Positions 33,877 to 42,300 of a stretch of DNA of 64,000 nucleotides are shown one piece after another; positions within the stretch are counted from its first letter, which is position 1; each line of letters starts with the position of its first letter. The notes beneath the pieces are model-generated. The model worked only from the letters and a program-made list of their open reading frames with translations, was not told the DNA's origin and did not search any database. Origin of the DNA: Byssovorax sp. (GTDB lineage: Bacteria > Myxococcota_A > Polyangia > Polyangiales > Polyangiaceae); contig JBDTXR010000002.1 of NCBI GenBank assembly GCA_040006075.1, forward strand, positions 1,556-65,555. The letters are read 5' to 3'. The translations under genes were made by a program, and so were the position numbers.

Positions 33877-35550
33877 TCACGCGGCCCCGGTGTCTTCGAG
33901 CCTGGCGATGTCCTCGCGCTTGCCGATCACCACCAGCACGTCGCCCTCGGAGAACTCCTCGGGGGGCGCGGGCGTAACCCGCGAGGTGCCGCCCTTGAGC
34001 AGCAAGATCGGCGTGATTTTGAGGCTCCCCGGGAGATCGAGCAGCTCGAGCGTGATGCTCGGCGAGCCGACCGGGTGCTTGAACTCGACGACGGCGTCGG
34101 CGAGCGGATCGCCGAGGTGCTCGAGCAGCGAGGCCAGCTCGAGCGCCACCGGCGCCTCGGGCGCGATCGCCCGCAGCAGCGACTCGGCCTCGTTCAACGC
34201 GCGCGCCGAGACGCTGCCGTAGAGGACCTCGGTCAGGCCCGCGAGATCGACCGGGAGCGCCGCTTGCTGGGCGATCCGCAGCGCCATCTCTTCCTCGACG
34301 GCGTGCGCGAGCTGCCCGTCGTCGGCGCGTGGGTGGAGGCCCACGCCGTTGGGCCCGTGAAACTTGAGCATGCGCAGGCCGAGCAGGTTGCCGCGCAGGC
34401 GATCGATCGCCGAGCGCTCGGCCTCCATCCCCACCGCGTCGAGCTGCCGCGCGAGGTTGATGAAGATGTTGTCGACCGAGGCGAAGCGACCCTCGGGCGT
34501 CTCGGCCATGATCTGCTGCAAATGCGCCAGGGTGCGCTGTCGCCACGGCGCCTCGATCGGCTGCACGCTCCCGCGGCGCAGGATCAGCTCGTAGGCCTGC
34601 CCGGTGCGCGAGCGGCAGAGCCGATCGCTCTCGCGCGAGGCCGGCGGCAGCGGGATCGGCAGGCGCGGGCCGGTGCCCGAGGGCCGCGCCGCGGGCGCGA
34701 ACGGGGCGAACGCACCGAGATCGGCGGCGGCGGCGCGGGCCGCTGGATCGCCTTCGATTGAAGGGGATCCCGCGCGCGCGAGCGGGGGCACGCGCTCGCG
34801 CACCAGGCCGCCCGACTCGTTGCGCACGTGCTCGAGATCGTCGGGGAAGGCCTCGACGAAATCGCTGAACGAGGCGAAGCCGAAGCGGGTCTCGTCGAAC
34901 GAGGGATCGAGCCGCCGCATCACGATCTTCAGCGTGGCCTTGGGCACGAGATCGTCGCCGCGGGCCAGACGCGCCGAGCGCAGCGCGCGGAGCAAGAGGC
35001 CGCGGACCTCGGCGCGATCGTCGGCGCGGCCGATCGGCGCCGACTCGAGCATGTCGTAGAACTTGAACTCGTTGCAGCAGCGGACCCAGAACTGGTTGGT
35101 CGTCTCGCGCACGCCGATGCCGATGATCGTGCGCCCCGTCTTCTGGACCTTCTGCGCCAGGCTGATGAAGTCGCTGTCGCCGCCGACCACGATGATGTGC
35201 GAGAGGTGCGGGAAGAACTGGATGTCTTCCATCACGTCGAGCACCAGGCGGATGTCGGCGCCGTTCTTCATCCCCCGCGGGAAGAGCTGCACGAGGTCGA
35301 TGGAGTGCTCGTGAAAATCGTGGCGATACGCCGCGAAATACTGCCAGTTGTTGTACGCGCGGTTGATGGCCACCGTGCCGATCGAGGCCACAAAGCTCAT
35401 CACCGCCTTCACGTCGACGACCCACTCCGCCTTCATGTTGCGCTGGTCGCGCCAGGTGTCGCGGCCATGCGCGCGCTCGAAGAGCGAGGCGTGGATGTTC
35501 TCGAAATCCCAGTAGACCCCGACCATGCTCGTTGCGTTTTCGGAGCCCAT
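33877..35550 (-). CDS. NYN (LabA-like PIN-type) nuclease domain + OST-HTH/LOTUS domain + C-terminal TrkA_C (RCK_C)-like domain protein
   Basis: NYN motifs are VGVYWDFENI, GADIRLVLDVMEDI and IIVVGGDSDFISLAQKVQKTGRTIIGIGV. The LOTUS-like segment is ATLKIVMRRLDPSFDETRFGFASFSDFVEAFPD. The TrkA_C-like end is VVEFKHPVGSPSITLELLDLP...EFSEGDVLVVIGKREDIARL. The stop at 33877 lies 7 nt before the Omp85 ATG at 33869. Confidence 0.75.
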   Translation of the reverse strand: MGSENATSMVGVYWDFENIHASLFERAHGRDTWRDQRNMKAEWVVDVKAVMSFVASIGTVAINRAYNNWQYFAAYRHDFHEHSIDLVQLFPRGMKNGADIRLVLDVMEDIQFFPHLSHIIVVGGDSDFISLAQKVQKTGRTIIGIGVRETTNQFWVRCCNEFKFYDMLESAPIGRADDRAEVRGLLLRALRSARLARGDDLVPKATLKIVMRRLDPSFDETRFGFASFSDFVEAFPDDLEHVRNESGGLVRERVPPLARAGSPSIEGDPAARAAAADLGAFAPFAPAARPSGTGPRLPIPLPPASRESDRLCRSRTGQAYELILRRGSVQPIEAPWRQRTLAHLQQIMAETPEGRFASVDNIFINLARQLDAVGMEAERSAIDRLRGNLLGLRMLKFHGPNGVGLHPRADDGQLAHAVEEEMALRIAQQAALPVDLAGLTEVLYGSVSARALNEAESLLRAIAPEAPVALELASLLEHLGDPLADAVVEFKHPVGSPSITLELLDLPGSLKITPILLLKGGTSRVTPAPPEEFSEGDVLVVIGKREDIARLEDTGAA

Positions 35551-35687
35551 TGCGCGCCGGCATCCTAGGTTGCGGGCCGCCGATGTCTACCGGCACGACG
35601 CGCCGGCCGCGGCGGTAGGGGTTCCCCGGGCTCGGGGGCGCGTGGTAGGGTCGGCCTCCCGGGCGCGAGCCGCCTGTTTTCGAGCCC

Positions 35688-36497
35688 ATGAGCGACGCAA
35701 CCATCCTCCTCGGCGCAGTCGCGCACGATCCGAAGGTCCTCCCGTACTGGGAGGCGATGCGCGAGCACCTCAAGGCGGCCGGCGTCGGGATCGATTTCGT
35801 GCTCTACGGGAGCTACGAGCGTCAGGTCGAGGCCCTGCTCGGCGGCCACATCGATCTCGCCTGGAACGGGCCGCTCGCCCACGTCCGCGTCAAGCGCCGC
35901 GCCGAGGGCCGCCTCACGCTCATCGCCCAGCGCGACGTCGATCGCGAGTTCACCACCAAGATCCTGGTCCGCCGCGACGCGGGCATCGGCGCGCTCTCCG
36001 AGCTCCACGGCAAGACGTTCGCCGTCGGCAGCAAAGACTCGCCGCAGGCCCGGATCCTCCCGCTCTTCTTCCTCAAGCGCGCCGGGGTCGACCTCGCGAA
36101 GATGACGGTGCTCCCGTTCGAAGGCGACGCGGGCAAGCACGGCGATCCGCCGCAAAGCGAGCTCGACGTCCTCGCCGCCGTGCAAGACGGCCGCGCCCAC
36201 GCCGGCGTCGTCGGCGGCCTGGTCTTCGCGACCGAGCTCGCCGCCGGCCGCGTCGATCCCCACCGCGTCGAGACGCTGTGGACCACGCCCTCGTACGATC
36301 ACCACGTGCTCGAAGCCCTCCCGAGCTTCCCCGAGGCCCGCGCCCAGGCCCTCCAGCGCGTGCTCCTCGATCTGCGCTGGAACAACCCCAAGCACCGTCG
36401 TTTGCTCGAGGTCGAGGGCGCACGGCAGTGGATTTCCCCCCGCGAAGACGGCCACATGCACCTCGAAGCAGCGCTCGACGATCAGCGCGGCTGGTAA
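35688..36497 (+). CDS. PhnD/phosphonate-binding-type periplasmic-binding-fold protein without a signal peptide
   Basis: The pattern LLGAVAHDPKVLPYWEAMREHL......FVLYGSYERQVEALLGGHIDLAWNGPLAHV...GKTFAVGSKDSPQARILP is typical of the Phosphonate-bd family. The N-terminus MSDATILLG has no hydrophobic leader. Confidence 0.65.
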   Translation: MSDATILLGAVAHDPKVLPYWEAMREHLKAAGVGIDFVLYGSYERQVEALLGGHIDLAWNGPLAHVRVKRRAEGRLTLIAQRDVDREFTTKILVRRDAGIGALSELHGKTFAVGSKDSPQARILPLFFLKRAGVDLAKMTVLPFEGDAGKHGDPPQSELDVLAAVQDGRAHAGVVGGLVFATELAAGRVDPHRVETLWTTPSYDHHVLEALPSFPEARAQALQRVLLDLRWNNPKHRRLLEVEGARQWISPREDGHMHLEAALDDQRGW

Positions 36498-36541
36498 AGC
36501 GTCCTTTGCCGCGGGGAGGAGCGGCCCCCATCCCTCCCGCG

Positions 36542-36595
36542 ATGATCGATCTCCACTACCGGCCCACGCCGGATGGCTGGAAAGTCTCGAAATAG
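36542..36595 (+). pseudogene. 17-codon remnant of a glutathione S-transferase N-terminus
   Basis: ATG ATC GAT CTC CAC TAC CGG CCC ACG CCG GAT GGC TGG AAA GTC TCG AAA TAG encodes MIDLHYRPTPDGWKVSK*. It resembles the MIDLY..PTPNG.K... start of YfcG/YghU-type GSTs. A lower-GC stretch with no similarity follows. Confidence 0.35.
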
Positions 36596-36755
36596 CCACT
36601 CTGAAACGGGGTTTTTGGCAACAGGGCACCATCCCGGAGACCAGATTGGCTTTCTCCAGATAGCGTGCAATGGCCGATGGACTGGTCAATTCATCTGGTG
36701 CAGGGTGCCGCCACCGCCTCTCCGGCGGGTGTGAACCTCCGAAAGGATTCTCCCC

Positions 36756-37346
36756 ATGTCGCGCTCCTCGCTCCTGATCCTCCTCACCGCTCCTGCGGCG
36801 CTGCTCGTGGCCTGTGGCTCCGACGCCACCTCGGGCGCCGGCGCCACCGGTGCGGGCGGGTCCACGTCGGCGACCGGCAGCTCGTCTGTCGCCAGCACCG
36901 TCGGCGCAGGCGGCGACTCCACCTCGGCCAGCACCGCCGGTGCGGGTGGCAACGCCTCCACCTCCACCTCCACCTCCACCTCGACCACCGGCGCCGCGAG
37001 CAGCACCACCGGCGCGACGGGCTCCACCAGCACCGGCGCGATGATGATGGGCGCGTGCACCAACGCGGCCGACCTCGCCATCATCATGTCGAAGGACATC
37101 GGCAAGATCGTCGGCGACTGCGCCTCGAGCGGCTTCGGGATGGAGCCAGGGACGAAGAACTGCATCAAGATGGGCACGGGCTTCTCGGATCCGTGCGTCG
37201 TCTGCTTCGACGACACCGTCTCTTGCGTCTTCAAGAATTGCCTCGGCGAGTGCATCGGGGGCTCGAGCAGCCCGGCTTGCAAGGACTGCCGCGCTGCCAA
37301 GTGCGATCCGGCGTTCACCGCCTGCAGCGGCGTCCCGGCGAACTGA
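36756..37346 (+). CDS. lipoprotein with a Ser/Thr/Gly-rich linker and a Cys-rich C-terminal domain
   Basis: AAGGA lies 8 nt before ATG 36756. Lipobox is ALLVAC. The linker is GAGATGAGGSTSATGSS...TSTSTSTSTT. The C-terminal ~100 aa contain 10 Cys. No family recognised. Confidence 0.7.
   Translation: MSRSSLLILLTAPAALLVACGSDATSGAGATGAGGSTSATGSSSVASTVGAGGDSTSASTAGAGGNASTSTSTSTSTTGAASSTTGATGSTSTGAMMMGACTNAADLAIIMSKDIGKIVGDCASSGFGMEPGTKNCIKMGTGFSDPCVVCFDDTVSCVFKNCLGECIGGSSSPACKDCRAAKCDPAFTACSGVPAN
36955..36984 (+). repeat. in-frame hexanucleotide microsatellite (CCTCCA) x4 plus one imperfect copy
   Basis: Read directly: cctcca cctcca cctcca cctcca cctcga. It encodes the (ST)n run of the lipoprotein linker. 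Confidence 0.8.
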
Positions 37347-37366
37347 CTGTCTGCGTCGCCGGGCGG

Positions 37367-37420
37367 CCCGGAGGGGGCGGCCCGGCGAAGCAGGGTGCGG
37401 GGCTCGGAGCCCCCTCCGGG
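37367..37420. terminator. long inverted repeat between convergent genes (possible bidirectional terminator)
   Basis: cccggaggggg (37367-37377) is the exact reverse complement of ccccctccggg (37410-37420), with a 32-nt GC-rich spacer. It lies between the stops at 37346 (+) and 37422 (-). There is no clear T-tract. Confidence 0.35.
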
Positions 37421-37421
37421 C

Positions 37422-38597
37422 TCAAGGCAGCTTCGGTGGCGGGCCCAGCTCCTCGATCGGGATATCGGCGCCGTTCAAGGCCTTGATGAAGGCGACGACG
37501 TCCTCCACCTCCGCCCCGGTCAGGTCGGTCAGGGAGTCCAGACGGCCATCGTGATCCGGGTCCAGCGCCCGGGTCGACGCGGCGGTCTTGCGGGCGATCA
37601 CCTTCGAGATGCTCACCTCCGATCCGTCGTGCAAATACGGGCTGGTCTGCGACGCGGAGCGGAGCGTGGGAGTCAGGAAGGCGCCGTGATCCTCCGCCTT
37701 CTGCGTCACGAGAAATCGCCCCTCGTCAGCGCGGCTACCGTCGGGGCCCGGCGGCGACGTGGCGATGTTGTGAAACTGAAAGTCCGAGAACAGCGGCCCG
37801 GAATGGCACGACGCGCACCCCGCCTTCCCGCGGAACAGCGAGAGCCCACGGATGGCGGCGGCGCTCATGGCCGCATCGTCGCCCGCGTTCCACCGATCGA
37901 AGGCCGAGTCGCGCGACACCGCGAGGCGGATGTACACCGCGAGCGCCTTGCCGGAGAGGCGCCAGATCTCCTGGGCAGATAGCCCCTTGATGTCCTGGCC
38001 AAACGCCGCATCGAAGAGGGGAACGTACCCGGGGATCTCCACCGTGAGCTTCGCCTGAAGCGCCGCTTGCGCGCCCGGAACGTCGATCACGCCCACCTCT
38101 GCGGCCGGGTGGCCCGGGGCGAGGTTCATGTTGGCCTCGGCCAGCGGGAGCACCATCGCGTCGTAGAGATCGGTGAAATGCGCGCCGTCCCACCGCAGCA
38201 TCGGCGCGTAGACGATGTTGAGCAGCGAGGGCGTGTTGCGCGGCAACGTGGGTGTGATCCCGGGATACGACCGATCGGGCGCGTCTTTCGGCCCGCTCGA
38301 CTGGAACTCGACGAGCGGAAAGTGGCAGTTCCCGCAGACGGTCTTGCCGCTGCCGGAGAGCCGCGGATCGCCGAACAGGGCCCGCCCCAGAGCGCTCTTC
38401 TCGGTGGTGGCGGGGTTGTCGGCCCACTCGGGCAGCGCCGGGACAGGGCCGCTGTCGTCGACCCGGAGCCCGGTCCCGGGGTGCACCGGCCAGGGGTCCG
38501 CCCCCGCGCCGCCGACGCCCGAGCTGCCCGAGCCCCCGCCGCAGGCCACGAGCGCGACGAGCGACCACGTCACACCACCGAGGATCTGGACGCGCAT
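37422..38597 (-). CDS. di-haem cytochrome c peroxidase/MauG-family lipoprotein (paralogue 2)
   Basis: ATG 38597 lies inside ORF 37422..39311(-). Lipobox is LVALVAC. CxxCH motifs are CGNCH and CASCH. Also TPTLRSASQTSPYLHDG. It starts 8 nt after the stop of the upstream lipoprotein gene. Confidence 0.8.
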   Translation of the reverse strand: MRVQILGGVTWSLVALVACGGGSGSSGVGGAGADPWPVHPGTGLRVDDSGPVPALPEWADNPATTEKSALGRALFGDPRLSGSGKTVCGNCHFPLVEFQSSGPKDAPDRSYPGITPTLPRNTPSLLNIVYAPMLRWDGAHFTDLYDAMVLPLAEANMNLAPGHPAAEVGVIDVPGAQAALQAKLTVEIPGYVPLFDAAFGQDIKGLSAQEIWRLSGKALAVYIRLAVSRDSAFDRWNAGDDAAMSAAAIRGLSLFRGKAGCASCHSGPLFSDFQFHNIATSPPGPDGSRADEGRFLVTQKAEDHGAFLTPTLRSASQTSPYLHDGSEVSISKVIARKTAASTRALDPDHDGRLDSLTDLTGAEVEDVVAFIKALNGADIPIEELGPPPKLP

Positions 38598-38605
38598 GGG
38601 ATACC

Positions 38606-39238
38606 TCAGGGGATTTCGAGCACGGTATTCGTGAACGCGGCGGTCACCTGATCCCCGTTCTTGGGATCCATCGGAGTCCGGTTGGCGATCGACGCCTCGG
38701 CGTCGGCGCCCTCGACATTGAGACGCAGCGTCCCGAGCGGGTTCTTCGGATCGCCCATGTGAATGTCCTTCGTGCTCAGGGTGAACGAGGCGATGTCTCC
38801 CCCCTTCGCCGCGGGCGCCTCCTGGGGCGCTCCAGCCTTGATCTCCGCGGTGATCGGCGTCGCCGTGTAGCAGACGAACACGATGTCGTAGGGGCCGTCT
38901 TCGTAGGGGTTCTTCGACGTGAACTTCACGGTCAGGTCGTCGGGCATCTGGCCCCAGGCGTATTCGAGGGGCGGATCGTTTCCCGGCGCGAAGCCCGCCG
39001 GAAACGCCGCGATCAGGTAGGGCTTCCCCACGATGCTGGTGGCCGCCTGCTCGGCGATCGTGTTTGAAGGGGTCAAGAACGAGAGCTTCCCGCTCTTCGG
39101 CGTCAAGGCGACGTTCATTCCGAGGGCGTGGCCCGTCACCGCGCCTCCGGTGGTGCCCGACCCGCCCGTGGGCTCCGAGCCTCCACACCCGACCAGCACA
39201 ACGGCGAGCGCGACCGCTCCGGCGAATCTCTCGAACAT
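38606..39238 (-). CDS. hypothetical lipoprotein, operon partner of peroxidase paralogue 2
   Basis: ATG 39238 is preceded by GGAGGA at 7-nt spacing, inside ORF 38606..39505(-). Lipobox is AVVLVGC. 210 aa, predicted beta-rich. No family recognised. Confidence 0.7.
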   Translation of the reverse strand: MFERFAGAVALAVVLVGCGGSEPTGGSGTTGGAVTGHALGMNVALTPKSGKLSFLTPSNTIAEQAATSIVGKPYLIAAFPAGFAPGNDPPLEYAWGQMPDDLTVKFTSKNPYEDGPYDIVFVCYTATPITAEIKAGAPQEAPAAKGGDIASFTLSTKDIHMGDPKNPLGTLRLNVEGADAEASIANRTPMDPKNGDQVTAAFTNTVLEIP

Positions 39239-39387
39239 GGTGACGTCCTCCACGAGGTGAGCGCTGGGCGCGCCGATGGCGCGACCGGCCGTCGTGTATC
39301 GAGGGCGGCATCTGGTGTCAACACGAACATTTCGTGTACGAATCTTCTCGACGCGGAACGATCGGCGGCGTGCGCCGCGTCGAGGAG

Positions 39388-42300
39388 CTATTCGAACTCG
39401 AGGCGCAGGCGGAAATCCGCGCCGACGTTGCCGAAGGCCGAGCTCGACACGTCGTTGACGTTGTCGTACGAGCCTTGCACGCTCATCTTGCGGTTGAGGC
39501 GCCACTCCACGCTCGAGCGCACCTCGCGGTTCTCGGTGATCCCGGTGGTCACCGTGGCGCGGACGTTGTCGGTGATGCGTTTGCCGACGGTGACCGTCGG
39601 CTCGGTGCGCCCCGTCTTCGACGAGTAGCCGGTGCCGAAGTGGAACTCGTCGATGATGGGCACGATCTTCTTCACCGCCTTGTCGGCGCCGGTGAGGGCC
39701 GACAAGGCCTCTAGCCCCACGGTCTCGCCGAGCGACGACACGGCCTCTCCGCGATCGATCTCGGCGCGGGTCATGCCGATGGTCAAGAGCAACACGATGT
39801 CTTCTTGCCGGAGCGGCGGATCGCTCGCGAGCGTCATCTTCAGATCGTCGGCGTCGCCGTGCACGTTGAGGGTGATCCGCCAGACGCCGCTGCCGCTCTG
39901 CGTGCTGCCCGACGAGGCGCCGCTGCTGCTGTCGGCGCCCGACACCGACTGCTCGGCCGCGGCGCTGGCGTAGCGGCGATATTCAGTCTGGGCGCGGACG
40001 TCGACCTGCGGGGCGATCTTCAGCGGATCGTCGAAGCGCACCGAACCCTCGCGCACCAGAAACTCGTTGTTGCGGAGCTGGAGCTTGGAGTCGGGGAGGA
40101 TCTTCAAGAGGCCGCGCGCGCCGAAGCGCTGGTTGGTCCCCGAGAGCACCAGGCCTGGATCGACGACCGAGAGCTCCATGTCGATGAGGTTGTTGGTGAA
40201 GCGGAGCGGGCGCGGCGAGACGATGGTGATCGCGAAGCGGACCACGTCGTCGGCCGGATCGTAGGTGTTGACGGCGGTGCGCGGCGGCCGGGCGAGCTGG
40301 CTCGCGTTCAGCGTCATCGGCTTGGTGTAGCTGAACGAGGTGAGCGAGACGTTGCCCTTCACGTCGGGCAGGCTGCGCGCCGCATTGGTGCTGCTCGACG
40401 TGGGCCGGTACGAGGCCTCGAGATCGGCGTCGGCCGTGAAGGTCACGCCCTCGGCCGCGGGGACCTTGACCCCGCGCGCGGTGATCGTCGCCGACACCGC
40501 GCCGGCGTCGGGACCGCGGAGCGGCATGCGCCCCGCGACCTCGACCGTGCCGCCGCCGATCCGCGCCGAGGCGTGCTTGATCCGCGCGTCGCCGCCGGCG
40601 ATGTCGATGTCGATGTCGATGTCCTGGATCGGGAGCGGGACGCCCTTCAGGTTGAGGTCGCCCTTGCGCAGGTGCCCGGCGCCCGAGTACCGGAGCGCGC
40701 TCGGCGAGCCCAGGATCCGCAGGTTGGCGTCGACCGTTCCGGCTGCGCGCTCGACGCCGTCGAGATCGGCGCTGAGCTTGGCGAGGTTGATTGGCTCCAC
40801 GCGGGCCACGATGTCAACATCGGGCGACGTCGTGACCCGATGGACCTTGCCGCCGGCCACGAAGGTCGCGCTGAGGCCGGCCTTGGCCCGGGCGGTCACG
40901 CGGAGCTCGGGGACCGTGAGCTCGTCGCCGGCGAGGACGATCGGCCCGCTCGCCGCCGCGAGGGCCACGCGGTTGCCGTCGCGCTCGAGCTCGAAGCGCT
41001 GGATTTGAAGGGTCATCTCGCCGCGCTGCGGGGCGCCGAGCGGCAGGCTCTTCACGTCGAGCGACGCGGTGAGCTTGCCCGTCGGCGACGCGCTCGCGAA
41101 GGCCACGCCGGGGATCAGGTTCGACAGCGTGCCGAGATCGAGCTCGGTTACCCGGACGCGACCGTCGAGGACCATGCGCTTTTGCCGGGTGATCCGCACG
41201 TCGTCCAGGGCGACCTGCCCCTCGAAGAGCGAGCCGTTGATCTTGAAATAGCCGCCCGAGAGATCGCGCTCGTACTCGGCGAGATCGAAGGCGCTGCTCC
41301 GCTCGTTGCCGCAGCGGGTCCGCGCGACCGGCGCGCTCGCCTTGCCGGTGCCGGCCATCGCGATCCGCAGGCGCGAGGGCGGCAGACTCGACGGGCCGAT
41401 GCGCAGGCGCGAGATATCGACGTCGGCCACCGTCTCGAAGTCGGTGAGGGTCCCGCCGAGGTTGGCCACGAGCGAGACCGAGCCGTCGAAGAGCTTGCCC
41501 GTAGCGCCGAAGACGTCGAGCTTGGAGATCGGGATCCCGCTCCCGATCACCGTGCCTCGCACCACGCCGCCGTGACGCACCGTCGCCGTCGCCAGCACGC
41601 TGCCCGAGCCCTTGCGCAGCGTCGCCGAGCGCACGTCGATCCGCATCCCCGACGAGCCGGCGGCCTGATCGTCCCAGGAGAGATCGACCGCGGCCACGCC
41701 GTCTTCCCAGTGCTCGCCGAACATCGCGACGGCGGAGAGATCCATCGCGGTCTTGATCTCGAGCACGCCGCCGCCGCAGAGATCGTCCTTGCCGCCGAGC
41801 ACGTAGTGGAACCGGGCCTTGCCGCTCGCGGTGGCGTCGATGTCGGTGAAGCGAGGGTCCTTGTCGAAATGGAAGATCTCGAAGAGATCGCGTACCCGCA
41901 CGTGGGGCGCGTCGCGGGTGTCGAGGTCGCCGTCGACGAGCACGTCGGGCCCTTTATCGAAGGCGATCCGCGTCATCGCCGAGCGCATCTTGCTGCCCCC
42001 GTGCTTGATGTGCGCGTCGATCAAGTCGAGCACCAGCGGCTCGAAGACCACGTGCGACGACTCGATGTCTCCGACGGGCATGCCGGCGAACACGAAGTCT
42101 TTCACCGAGAGATCGCCGGTGAACTTCGGGTGGGTGAACGGCCCGCGCCCGGTGGCCTTGATGCTCGCCACGCCCGCGACCGGGATGTCGATCAGCGGCG
42201 AGATCTCGGCGAAGTCGATCTTCGTGTCGTCGTAGAGCTCGATGTCGAGCAGCGTGGCGAAGCCCAGCGTCACGTTGGTGTGCACGTGGGACTTCGGGGT

